Of a DNA stretch of 62,998 bases, positions 47,857 through 57,447 are shown in pieces. Source of the stretch: an uncultured Erysipelotrichaceae bacterium. Lineage in GTDB: Bacteria > Bacillota_I > Bacilli_A > RFN20 > CAG-826. The stretch is taken from contig CACXNV010000003.1 of assembly GCA_902769185.1 (NCBI GenBank), positions 1-62,998 on the forward strand. Reading direction: 5' to 3'. The position numbers and the translations under genes were made by a program. Numbering within the stretch: position 1 is the stretch's first letter; every line of letters begins with the position of its first letter. Under the pieces are notes generated by a model. It did no database searches, was not told the origin of the DNA, and worked only from the letters and a program-made list of their open reading frames with translations.

Positions 47857-50800
47857 ATGATTAAAGTTACAATGCTTGCTACACTATTTGCCGGACTTGT
47901 AATGGGTACAACTGTTGCTAGTGGTGCTAATCCTGCTCCTAAAGAAGTAAGAGACACTAAGATCATCGTCGAAGTTAATCGTTCGTTGGAAACATTAACT
48001 GAAGAAGGCATCAAAAATACTCAATTATCTGTCTTTGAAAGCATTAGAAACAATATCACTAGAAATGTCGAATTAGGTACTCAATACCATGTGCTCAATA
48101 ACGCATTTGTTGTTTCTATCAATAGCAAATATGTGGAAGCTGTTAAATCATTACCTGGAGTTAAAAGTGTGACCGTTAACAAATTACATATGGTCAAAAC
48201 TCAAGCTCTTCAAACTACTGCAGATAGTGAAACCCCAGATCCTGCACATGATTATGGTGGATCTGATAATGCTTCTGCGGAAACAATGCATCTCACTCCT
48301 AATACCACAAATGATGGTGAAGGTACTGTTATAGCAATTCTTGATAATGAATTTTACTTCCGTGGAAAAACTAAAACCGCTGATGCATGGAAACATGTCA
48401 CATTTACCGAATTAGCTTCTTCTACAAAAGTAAGATTTGATGGTAGACCAAGTAGTTATAACCAAACAATTGCATACACAAATAATAAAGCTACTGTTGA
48501 TGCAGCTACATTAGGAGATGAAGGTTCGCTCTATTTCAACAACAAGGTTCCATTCTACTTCGACTATGGTGGAGAAACTAATACCTATGGAGGAGATCCT
48601 GTACAAGACTTTGATGTCTCAAGTTTACTCTCTTATCACGGTTCTCACGTTGCTAGTATCGCTGCTGGAAACGATCCATATTACAAAGGTATCGCTCCTA
48701 AGGCTCAATTAGTCTGTATGAAGGTCTTCACAAACTTTGAAGCACAAAAGATCGACCAAGCGATGGGATTCCAAAGTTCTTCTGGAGCTTATGATGAACC
48801 AATTCTTAACGCTTTAGAAGACTGTATGACTCTTGGAGTTGATGGCATTAATATGTCTCTTGGTAGTAACTTAGATGACTTCGATGCTGATTCAATTACC
48901 ATGAGAACCTTAGTCGATTTATCTAATAAAGGAATATTATCTTCAATTTCCGCTGGTAATAACGGTAAATCCTCATTCGCATTTGCTGGAGGATATGGAA
49001 ACTGGACAAAAGACACTGTCGAAACCGGTATCTTAGGTGGTTACGCCAATAATAAAGCAACAATGTCTATTGCTGCTGGTCAACCTGCTAAGACATTCTA
49101 TGCTTCAGCGTTTAAATATAAAGGCGTTAATATTTCTTACCAAGACCAAGTTGTAAATACTGGTAATTCTTCTGAATATGAAGAAGACGAAGAAAGACAC
49201 ATGAGTGATTTGACTCCTGGTGAATCTAAAACACTTAACTGGGTTTACATTCCTAACTTTGGTTCAAGTGCTGACTATAAAGATAAAGATGTCACTAATA
49301 AAATCGCCGTTGTCAATCGTGGTAGTATCGACTTTGCTACTAAAGTTTCAACCGCTAAAGATAAAGGTGCTATCGGTGTAGTCATTATTAATAACGACCC
49401 AACTGCATCTGACTTCAACTTCCATTGTAGTTTTGGTGATTTAAAACCAACTATTCCAGTGGCCTTAGTCTTATTTAGAGAAAAACAAACATTCGAAAGA
49501 GACGGTTGGGGATCATTTGACATCGTTAAAAATGAAGTTGATGTCAACCCAAGAGCAAATACTATTTCTACTTTCTCTTCTGATGGTGCAACTGCAGCCT
49601 TAGATATGAAACCTGAAATTACTGCTCCAGGTGACTTTATTAGAGGGGCTGTTCCTCCACAAAAGAAAGAAGATAAGCAAGAAGAACCAGCTGGAAGAAG
49701 ACATTCAACCTATGAATTCTTATCTGGTACTTCTATGAGTGCCCCTAACTATGCTGGTGCTCAAGCGGTTGTTCTTTCTAAAAAAGCCAACGAATTAAAA
49801 AATAATCAAGATGCATACGTTGCATATCGCAAAACTGTCGATATGAGACTCATGTCTACTGCAATTCCAATGTTTGATTTTGAAGAATGTCCAGAAGATG
49901 CAGGACATACATATAAAACCTCTCCACGTATTCAAGGTGCAGGTATGGCAAATGTTGGAGATGCTTATAAAACTGATGTCTATTTAGAAGGCTATGATTT
50001 ATTAGGTAATCCAATTGGAAAATCTAAAATCGCCTTAAGAAATAACTCAAAAATTAACGCTGGTACTGTTTCTCTTAGCTTCTTAGCTCATAACGAGAGT
50101 ACAACTGCTAAGAAATATCAAGTCAGTTATTCTGTAATGAGACCTGCGATTAAAAAGTCTAACGAAATTGTTTCTAGACAATATAACTATCGTGGTGAAG
50201 TTGATAATATCTCTTCTTTCCCAGGCATGTCATATTGGGTTGAACAAGTTAATCCAGATATGTCTAAAGAGATTGTTGAAAGACACGCGACTGGTGATAT
50301 CAACGTTGGTGATGTATTCAAAGTTTCAAAAGAAATTGAATATTTCGTTCCAGATGAAAGAGAAGGACACGAAGGCGAATTATTAAAACAAACTTTCGCT
50401 ATCGGTAGATATAAATGTACTGATACTCAAGTTGTTGAACACGCTCCAGGCGTTAATTGGACTTATGGTTCTTTTGAAGAACTTGAAGGTAGCAACTATC
50501 AATCAGTCCAAGACATGCTCATTAAGACTGTTAACGTTGGTGAAGTGGAAATTGCTCCAGGTGATCATAAAATCGTCTTACCTGAATACAGTTTAACAAC
50601 TGAACAAAAACAAGAGATCTTAGAATTCTATGAATTTGGAACATATTTAGAAGGATTTGTCAGTCTTACAAGTATGGAAAATGAAGGCATTAATTTATCA
50701 ATGCCATGGATGGGATTCTTTGGTGGAGAAGGACAAGATTATAGTTCTGCTCCAGTAGTGGAACCATTCAACTTTGAAAAAGATGCTTCTTCCATTTATC

Positions 50801-51966
50801 CAAGTGAATTAAATAATGATATTGGCTATAGCTTATTAGGTAAAACTAATATTGATATGGGTAGTACAATGGCCACAACTTATGTTGAACCAGGTAAATC
50901 ATTTAAAGAAAGTGATATTTTACAAAATGATGAAAGCTTAACCCATTTAGCTAAGAGTGACGCTAATTATCATTTATTAGGAACTGACTCTGAAGGCAAA
51001 TATTATAGTGAGCCAGCAAACAACTTATATGTTGGTAATCCACACTCTAGTAATACATTACTCGTTCAACAATTTGTCCTTAGATCTGTTGATGATAACT
51101 ACTTCACTATCACTAATAAGGCTAACGGCAAGGTTTATATCCAAGACGTATTAGAAGATATGATCTTTGGTGAAAGATATGGTAGATATCCATTATATAA
51201 ATCTCACGTTGATGAAAACTACTTAAGCCAATATGTTGGACATAGAGCGTTCGCTGCTATTCCATTATATGATTCAAAAACTGGTGAAAGTCTCCCTGAT
51301 GGTGATTATGAAATCAAGTTCAACTACAAATTAGTTGCTACTGGTACATGGGTAAGTTCATCTTATACATTACATGTTTGTAGCAGTGAACCAACCATTA
51401 GTAGTGTTCAAGTTCAAGCACAAAAAGTGAGATTCAATATTTCTGAAAAATATCTCAATAACGTCAAAGTTGGACAAAGCTACTATCAAATGTCTGAAGA
51501 AGAAATTAATGGAAACTACATTGAACTCACTAAAGATGACATTGAACTTGAATTAGAAAACAACTTCAATGAAGTCTATGGTTCTGGACGTTTATTCATC
51601 GAATTACAAAACAAAGCTTATGGTAGAACCGGTATTATTGTTAGATTCGGTGAAAAAGATGGTCAAATCGATTTTGATAAATACACAATCGTTGAACATT
51701 ACACATTTACACTAAGTAATGACTTTGAAGACTTAGGTACCTCTATCCATTACGTTACCTATGACTCCAAAACATATAATATTAAGGATTACGACGTTGA
51801 CGCATATGTCCGTGTCAAACGTGATTCTGATAAGCCAATTGCTCCTGCTACTGGAGGATGTGGTGGTAATGTCGCTACTACAAGTATTGTCTTATCAAGC
51901 TTAGCTGGTTTATTAGCTGTTGCTATTATTCTCAGCAAAAAAAGAAAATTAGGAGGTAAAGAATAA
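47857..51966 (+). CDS. Cell-surface S8 protease (Vpr/lactocepin-like) with propeptide, PA domain and C-terminal anchor
   Basis: Signal peptide; IAILD / HGSHVASIAAG / GTSMSAP; SAGN; PA motif KIAVVNRG...AKDKGA; GGCGG-TM-KKRK tail; SD AAGGAAGG. Confidence 0.9.
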   Translation: MIKVTMLATLFAGLVMGTTVASGANPAPKEVRDTKIIVEVNRSLETLTEEGIKNTQLSVFESIRNNITRNVELGTQYHVLNNAFVVSINSKYVEAVKSLPGVKSVTVNKLHMVKTQALQTTADSETPDPAHDYGGSDNASAETMHLTPNTTNDGEGTVIAILDNEFYFRGKTKTADAWKHVTFTELASSTKVRFDGRPSSYNQTIAYTNNKATVDAATLGDEGSLYFNNKVPFYFDYGGETNTYGGDPVQDFDVSSLLSYHGSHVASIAAGNDPYYKGIAPKAQLVCMKVFTNFEAQKIDQAMGFQSSSGAYDEPILNALEDCMTLGVDGINMSLGSNLDDFDADSITMRTLVDLSNKGILSSISAGNNGKSSFAFAGGYGNWTKDTVETGILGGYANNKATMSIAAGQPAKTFYASAFKYKGVNISYQDQVVNTGNSSEYEEDEERHMSDLTPGESKTLNWVYIPNFGSSADYKDKDVTNKIAVVNRGSIDFATKVSTAKDKGAIGVVIINNDPTASDFNFHCSFGDLKPTIPVALVLFREKQTFERDGWGSFDIVKNEVDVNPRANTISTFSSDGATAALDMKPEITAPGDFIRGAVPPQKKEDKQEEPAGRRHSTYEFLSGTSMSAPNYAGAQAVVLSKKANELKNNQDAYVAYRKTVDMRLMSTAIPMFDFEECPEDAGHTYKTSPRIQGAGMANVGDAYKTDVYLEGYDLLGNPIGKSKIALRNNSKINAGTVSLSFLAHNESTTAKKYQVSYSVMRPAIKKSNEIVSRQYNYRGEVDNISSFPGMSYWVEQVNPDMSKEIVERHATGDINVGDVFKVSKEIEYFVPDEREGHEGELLKQTFAIGRYKCTDTQVVEHAPGVNWTYGSFEELEGSNYQSVQDMLIKTVNVGEVEIAPGDHKIVLPEYSLTTEQKQEILEFYEFGTYLEGFVSLTSMENEGINLSMPWMGFFGGEGQDYSSAPVVEPFNFEKDASSIYPSELNNDIGYSLLGKTNIDMGSTMATTYVEPGKSFKESDILQNDESLTHLAKSDANYHLLGTDSEGKYYSEPANNLYVGNPHSSNTLLVQQFVLRSVDDNYFTITNKANGKVYIQDVLEDMIFGERYGRYPLYKSHVDENYLSQYVGHRAFAAIPLYDSKTGESLPDGDYEIKFNYKLVATGTWVSSSYTLHVCSSEPTISSVQVQAQKVRFNISEKYLNNVKVGQSYYQMSEEEINGNYIELTKDDIELELENNFNEVYGSGRLFIELQNKAYGRTGIIVRFGEKDGQIDFDKYTIVEHYTFTLSNDFEDLGTSIHYVTYDSKTYNIKDYDVDAYVRVKRDSDKPIAPATGGCGGNVATTSIVLSSLAGLLAVAIILSKKRKLGGKE

Positions 51967-54900
51967 TGAAAAAAGCTAGATATTTATTCTTATCATCTAC
52001 TGCATTAGCATTCGCTGTTGTTTTAACAGCCTGTGGTGGTTCTGAGGGCGGAGGTGGCGATGTTCCACCTGTTGCCGAATTCAGCTTCAGTGCTTCATTT
52101 ATTGGTACAAAAACCGACAAAATTTATGTTGGCACTAATGAATTATTAGAAATTAAAGAAGTTAATCCTGGTGAAGTTACACGTACTTATACCTATACTT
52201 TAACTTCTGGTTCAGCTAACTTTATTTCAGTTAGTTATGATAGTGCCGCTAAATTATTTACCGTTACCCCTGAACACGATAGTGGTGATCAAAAAGTTGG
52301 CATTCGTATTACCGAACAAACTTCAGGTAAAAAATTCACCAAATTCTTCTATGTTGGTGAAAGATACGATGCCGCTAATACTGGTTATAACTTCTCAGCA
52401 GATACTGAAAAGAAATCCGAAATTTTAGGAAAACTTGAAGAATATGCGATGAAGAATTACTTAACCGGTATCACCTTATTTGAAAATGGTGGCTATATCC
52501 GTAAAGCGGAACGTGTCCATTATGGAACAGAAAAAGAAGGCAAAAATACTTATGTTACTGGTTATGGATTTGGTTTATTAGCCGAAGGTTATTTGGAAAC
52601 CGATCCTACAAAAGCACCTCAACCAGCTGTTTCCGGTAAAAAAGAATATTTACAATCCGCTCAAAGCAGTGATCCAGGTAATATTTCTGGTTGGAACGCT
52701 TCTGGTAGCCAAATCGGTGATTTATATGGATATATGACTTCTTCATTTTGGGGAACGAAATTAAATTCCGACAAAACCGGATATGAATGGTACCCTGTTT
52801 TAGCTGCGGAAAACTGTCTAGATCCAATTCCTCAAGATGGAAAACCTACAGATACTATTCACAAGAAATATCGTGTCTATGTTAAAACTGGAAATACACC
52901 AGATGGACCAAGCGGTGAGAAATATTCCATTGCTTATCGTTCTATTAACGGTGAACCATTTGATGGACGTCCCGTTGCCTTAGAAGATTACATCACTACA
53001 TTTAGATTACTTTTAACTCAAAGTTCTAAATTAAGCCGTGGTGCTGAACTTGCTACTGATACTTCATATGGTTTTAAAGGTGCATATGCCTACTTTAGAA
53101 AAACCGAAAAAGCAAACGATGAACAAGCGGAAGGATTCTGGTCTGATATGACCGAAAACGACCAATTAGGTATTGTTGCCGGAACAGACGCTCAAGGCGA
53201 ATATATTGATTTCGAATTTGTGAACCCAATTGATCAATTTACCGCTAAATACACTTTATCTAGCAGCTTATATAGTCCAATTCCAAAAGAATTCTTAGAG
53301 TCTATTGGCGGAGGTAGCTGGATTGCTGGCGGTGAAGTTTTCGGTACTGGTTCGAAAACTCAAGGTACCACAAAAGGTGCAATTCTTAATAATGTTATCG
53401 GTGTTGGCCCTTATTTCTTAGAAGAATGGGTTGGCGACCAAGAAATCGTCTTTAAAAGAAATGATAATTGGTTTGAATACGTTAATACAAAAGGCACTGA
53501 TAATCCACGTTATCGTATTGAAGGTGTGCACTTCCAAGTTATTAGTGCTGCTCAACAAAGAGATGACGCTATCTATGATGAATTTAACTTAAAACACTTA
53601 GATCAAACTAGTATCCCAGTGTCAAGAATGAGCGAGAGAAAACCAACTGACGATCAAACTAAAGGTGATGCAACATTTAAATTAAATGTTAACTCTTGTG
53701 ACCAAACTAGATGGGATAACTTATTCTGGTCTACTAAATATCCAGATGTTGAAAAACCAACAAATAGATATCTTGTTAAACCATGGATGAGTAACAAAAA
53801 CTTCTTAAATGGTTTATTCTGGTCTATTAATAGATCTGACTTTGCTGAAACAAGAGGTGCTATTCCTTCTTATAACTACTTTGCAGATGCTTACTTAGAT
53901 GATCCAATTGCTGGTCATTCATATAATGCTTCTGAAGCTCATGAGCTTGCTGAAAGAGGTTTTGATCCAAGTTTACCAAATAGTAACTATGGATTTAACC
54001 AAGCAAAAGCAACCGCTTATTTCGCAGACGCTGTTGATGAATTAGTTGCATCTGGAGATATCACTTTAGGTACTACAATCAATAAAACTAAAATCTATAT
54101 TGATATTTGGTGGATGTACCAAAACGACGAAACTACTTATGGTGAAGATATCGCAAACTACTTTACTGACGCATTCAATAACTCTGAAGTTGGTAAAGGA
54201 TGTGTTGAATTAGAAGTTAGACATAACGCTGAATCTCAATGGGAACAAGTCTATAACGACCACTTAATGGTTGGTGTATATGACCTTGGATTTGGTGCTA
54301 TTAGTGGTAATACCTTAAACCCACTCAACTTCATGGAAGTCTTAAAGAGTGATAACTCTTCAGGATTTACTCTTAACTGGGGTGTTGATACTTCTAAAGT
54401 TGATCCTGATGATCCAATCGTCTTTGAAGTCAAAGAAGATGGTGTAGATGTTAAAAAAGAATGGTCATTTGACTCTGCTTGGGCAACTGCAGATCATGGT
54501 GCAGTCGTTAAAGATGGTGAACCTGTTGATTCAGTTCAAGTTGGTTATACAACTAAACCTACTACTCCAAGTGGTACTGATACCAATAGATTAGCTAATG
54601 GTGCCATCATGTTATGCAACTTCGAATTTGTTGAAGTTGATCCAGGTGTTGAATTTGAAATTACCAGAGTTCAACTATCCTTAATGGGCTATGGTTCTAT
54701 CACTATTGATGAATCTAACATTGAGAGAATATACGTTGATGATGACCCAACTAAAGCAATTATTGGATTCAAGATTATCTTTGATAACGAAACAGTTAAA
54801 GAAGAATATGATAATATGACCTTCTCTAAGTACGTCAATAAGATGTTATTCGACGGATTAAAATTACAAAAAGTTATCGATAATTTAGATCCAACTGATC

Positions 54901-55088
54901 CAAAATACGCTGAAAAGAAAGCGGAATTAGAGAATCCATTAGCATACGACTATTACGATGCTTATTGGTGGGTTGATGTTTATTATAACATTACAATCTC
55001 TGGCTCTGTTCCAACTGAAAACTACTATAAAGTCACAAAGACCAAACAAACTAAAGCTTTGTCATTTGCTAGTTTAGGAGGTAGATAA
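51966..55088 (+). CDS. oppA: Large OppA-like substrate-binding lipoprotein
   Basis: Lipobox LTAC; YPVLA, GVGPYFLEEW, IVFKRNDNW; opp context. Confidence 0.7.
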   Translation: MKKARYLFLSSTALAFAVVLTACGGSEGGGGDVPPVAEFSFSASFIGTKTDKIYVGTNELLEIKEVNPGEVTRTYTYTLTSGSANFISVSYDSAAKLFTVTPEHDSGDQKVGIRITEQTSGKKFTKFFYVGERYDAANTGYNFSADTEKKSEILGKLEEYAMKNYLTGITLFENGGYIRKAERVHYGTEKEGKNTYVTGYGFGLLAEGYLETDPTKAPQPAVSGKKEYLQSAQSSDPGNISGWNASGSQIGDLYGYMTSSFWGTKLNSDKTGYEWYPVLAAENCLDPIPQDGKPTDTIHKKYRVYVKTGNTPDGPSGEKYSIAYRSINGEPFDGRPVALEDYITTFRLLLTQSSKLSRGAELATDTSYGFKGAYAYFRKTEKANDEQAEGFWSDMTENDQLGIVAGTDAQGEYIDFEFVNPIDQFTAKYTLSSSLYSPIPKEFLESIGGGSWIAGGEVFGTGSKTQGTTKGAILNNVIGVGPYFLEEWVGDQEIVFKRNDNWFEYVNTKGTDNPRYRIEGVHFQVISAAQQRDDAIYDEFNLKHLDQTSIPVSRMSERKPTDDQTKGDATFKLNVNSCDQTRWDNLFWSTKYPDVEKPTNRYLVKPWMSNKNFLNGLFWSINRSDFAETRGAIPSYNYFADAYLDDPIAGHSYNASEAHELAERGFDPSLPNSNYGFNQAKATAYFADAVDELVASGDITLGTTINKTKIYIDIWWMYQNDETTYGEDIANYFTDAFNNSEVGKGCVELEVRHNAESQWEQVYNDHLMVGVYDLGFGAISGNTLNPLNFMEVLKSDNSSGFTLNWGVDTSKVDPDDPIVFEVKEDGVDVKKEWSFDSAWATADHGAVVKDGEPVDSVQVGYTTKPTTPSGTDTNRLANGAIMLCNFEFVEVDPGVEFEITRVQLSLMGYGSITIDESNIERIYVDDDPTKAIIGFKIIFDNETVKEEYDNMTFSKYVNKMLFDGLKLQKVIDNLDPTDPKYAEKKAELENPLAYDYYDAYWWVDVYYNITISGSVPTENYYKVTKTKQTKALSFASLGGR

Positions 55089-55090
55089 TT

Positions 55091-56260
55091 ATGAAAAAAT
55101 CCATGTTATCTATCATTGGATTAGTTGCTGCTATGACTTTAACAGGTTGTGGTGGAGGAGGAGAAGCTCCTAGTAGCACTTCTAACGTCGTTCTTCCTGT
55201 TGAAAGCATTAGACTTAACGCTGGTAAAAAGGCACTTCTAGTTGGGGATTCCCTTCAAGTGAAGCCATTAGTAACTCCTTTGCTTGCTTCTAGCGCTGCT
55301 CTTGTTTATGAAAGTAGCGATAAAGAAGTTGCCACTGTTGATTCTAATGGTCTAGTTATGGCTAAAAAACAAGGAAGCACAACAATTAAAGTTAGTAGCA
55401 AAGATAATCCAAAAGTCTATACAGAAATGAAAATCTTTGTTGCTGCTAATCAAAATGCTGACGCTGTTCAAAATAAACTTGCTAACTTGTTAGTCTATCA
55501 AAAAACTAAAGTTAAAAAGCCAAGAAAATTAGCAACAACTGAAGTTGAAACTAGAACTTTATATGTCGATGGAAAAGTCTATAAAAAATCATTTGAAATC
55601 GCTGATTTTATTCTTGATAAAGATGAAGCATATTTCCACATTGGTGGAATAGACGCGGATTCAAAATATTATGACGCTCCAGAACATAGATCTACATTTG
55701 GTTATCATTTCTATACCGATGTTGACTATCATAGCTTCCTTTATCACGAAAATGATAATGTCCATAACTGGTGTTATGTTCCTACTGAATTCTATTTAGG
55801 TACTGGTACTACTAGAGACGGCGTTATCTATGCGATGATGGGCTCTTTCTTCAATCGTGGTTCTGACATTGCTGAAAACACAGTTGAATATTCTATGAGT
55901 TCAGATTTTCTTGGACCTATGTATAGAAAGATGTGTTACGCTGGTGGTTTTGACGACGATATGGTTTTTGGAAAATTCCAAGCCTCAAGTAAAGATCAAA
56001 AAGCCGATATTTCTGAAGAAAATAACTTAGATATTCCAGCCGGAACTCTTTATGATGAAATCGACAATTTTGAGGTTTATTGGTATAAAGGTAATGCTAA
56101 ATATTACCGTGTTAACTTTATACTCTCATATGTAATCGATGGTCATAATTATGTTCTTGATATCGTTAGAGACTATTCATTTGATAGAGATGATGAATTC
56201 ACATATGAATTACCTAATCGTAGTGAATACATTCAAGTGAAAGACGTCTTCGAATTATAA
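55091..56260 (+). CDS. Lipoprotein with Ig-like (Big_2) domain
   Basis: Lipobox LTGC; YESSDKEVATVDSNGLV. Confidence 0.75.
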   Translation: MKKSMLSIIGLVAAMTLTGCGGGGEAPSSTSNVVLPVESIRLNAGKKALLVGDSLQVKPLVTPLLASSAALVYESSDKEVATVDSNGLVMAKKQGSTTIKVSSKDNPKVYTEMKIFVAANQNADAVQNKLANLLVYQKTKVKKPRKLATTEVETRTLYVDGKVYKKSFEIADFILDKDEAYFHIGGIDADSKYYDAPEHRSTFGYHFYTDVDYHSFLYHENDNVHNWCYVPTEFYLGTGTTRDGVIYAMMGSFFNRGSDIAENTVEYSMSSDFLGPMYRKMCYAGGFDDDMVFGKFQASSKDQKADISEENNLDIPAGTLYDEIDNFEVYWYKGNAKYYRVNFILSYVIDGHNYVLDIVRDYSFDRDDEFTYELPNRSEYIQVKDVFEL

Positions 56261-56277
56261 TCATTAACTTCACAACT

Positions 56278-56303
56278 AAGGGCGTAGAAATACGCTCTTT
56301 TTT
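56278..56303 (+). terminator. Intrinsic terminator
   Basis: AAGGGCGTA-GAAA-TACGCTCTT plus T-run. Confidence 0.8.
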
Positions 56304-56329
56304 GATGCCAATTATTAATAATTGTAAAC

Positions 56330-56358
56330 TTGCTTTTTAATATATGCAGTAATATAAT
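56330..56358 (+). promoter_or_regulatory. sigma-A promoter of oppBCDF
   Basis: TTGCTT, 17 bp, TATAAT. Confidence 0.65.
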
Positions 56359-56405
56359 ATATAACACTTTACTTTAGAGTAAGGTTAGAAAGGAAAAGGG
56401 CTGTA

Positions 56406-57446
56406 ATGTTAAAGTACGTTATTAAAAGAATTGTTCTTGCTCTCATTACTGCTTTTATTATTCTTTCTATTACCTTTATTCTAGTTAAATCATTAGGTAT
56501 TGCAGATACTACTTTCGGCGCTAAAGAAAACGTTAAACACGCCTTCTATTTAAAACAACTAAATTTAGGATATGTTGTTGTTTTTGATCATGAAGTAGAT
56601 GGGTATGGCAAACTACTTGCTCAATTCCATATTGAAGGTGTTGATGAATATTTCTATGCGCGCCCTATCTTAGAACAGTATTTTGCATGGCTAAAGAATA
56701 TCTTTACAGCGTGGGACTGGGGTGAATCAACATCTATTGAATTAAGATCGCAAGCGACGGATATTATTGCCTCTAGATTACCTACATCTATGTATATAAA
56801 TATTGTTTCCGTTGTGGTATCTGTTCCACTAGGAATTGGTTTAGGTATTTTAGCTGGATTAAAGAAAAACACATGGGTTGACCACTTTATTTCCACAGTG
56901 GTTATGATCTTTATTTCTATCCCATCATTCGTTGTTATTTCGTTCTTGATGTATTTCCTGTGTTATAAAAATCAGCTACTGCCGTCGATGTGGCCGAACC
57001 CGAGTGACACTATTTCTAATAAAATCTTAGCTTATTTCATTCCGGTGATGTCCTTATCATTTGGTAGTATTTGTGGATATACTCGATTTGTTAGAGCGGA
57101 ACTTTGTGAAGTTATGTCTAGTGAATATTTGTTATTAGCTAGAACTAAAGGTTTAACTAAAAATCAAGCAATCACAAGACACGCTTTAAAAAATGCATTC
57201 GTTCCAATTCTTCCATCCATTTTAGCGGAATTCATTGGTATCTTTGGTGGATCAATGATTCTTGAAAAATTATACGGCATTCCTGGAATTGGTGACTTAT
57301 ATATCAGATCCATTAACGAAAAAGACTACAACGTTTTAATGGTGGATATGGCAATCTTTACCACAGTCGGCTTATTAGCGGGCATTGTTTTAGATTTATC
57401 ATATGGCTTTATTGACCCACGCATCAGAATGGGAGAAAAGAAATAA
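56406..57446 (+). CDS. oppB: Oligopeptide ABC permease OppB
   Basis: MLKYVIKRI, DWGES, ARTKGL, HALKNA, IDPRI. Confidence 0.92.
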   Translation: MLKYVIKRIVLALITAFIILSITFILVKSLGIADTTFGAKENVKHAFYLKQLNLGYVVVFDHEVDGYGKLLAQFHIEGVDEYFYARPILEQYFAWLKNIFTAWDWGESTSIELRSQATDIIASRLPTSMYINIVSVVVSVPLGIGLGILAGLKKNTWVDHFISTVVMIFISIPSFVVISFLMYFLCYKNQLLPSMWPNPSDTISNKILAYFIPVMSLSFGSICGYTRFVRAELCEVMSSEYLLLARTKGLTKNQAITRHALKNAFVPILPSILAEFIGIFGGSMILEKLYGIPGIGDLYIRSINEKDYNVLMVDMAIFTTVGLLAGIVLDLSYGFIDPRIRMGEKK

Positions 57447-57447
57447 G

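Noticed and set aside
47857-51966. Second S8 protease as part of the defence system
   Set aside because: It has a signal peptide, PA domain and membrane anchor and is coupled to oppA, consistent with a nutritional role.
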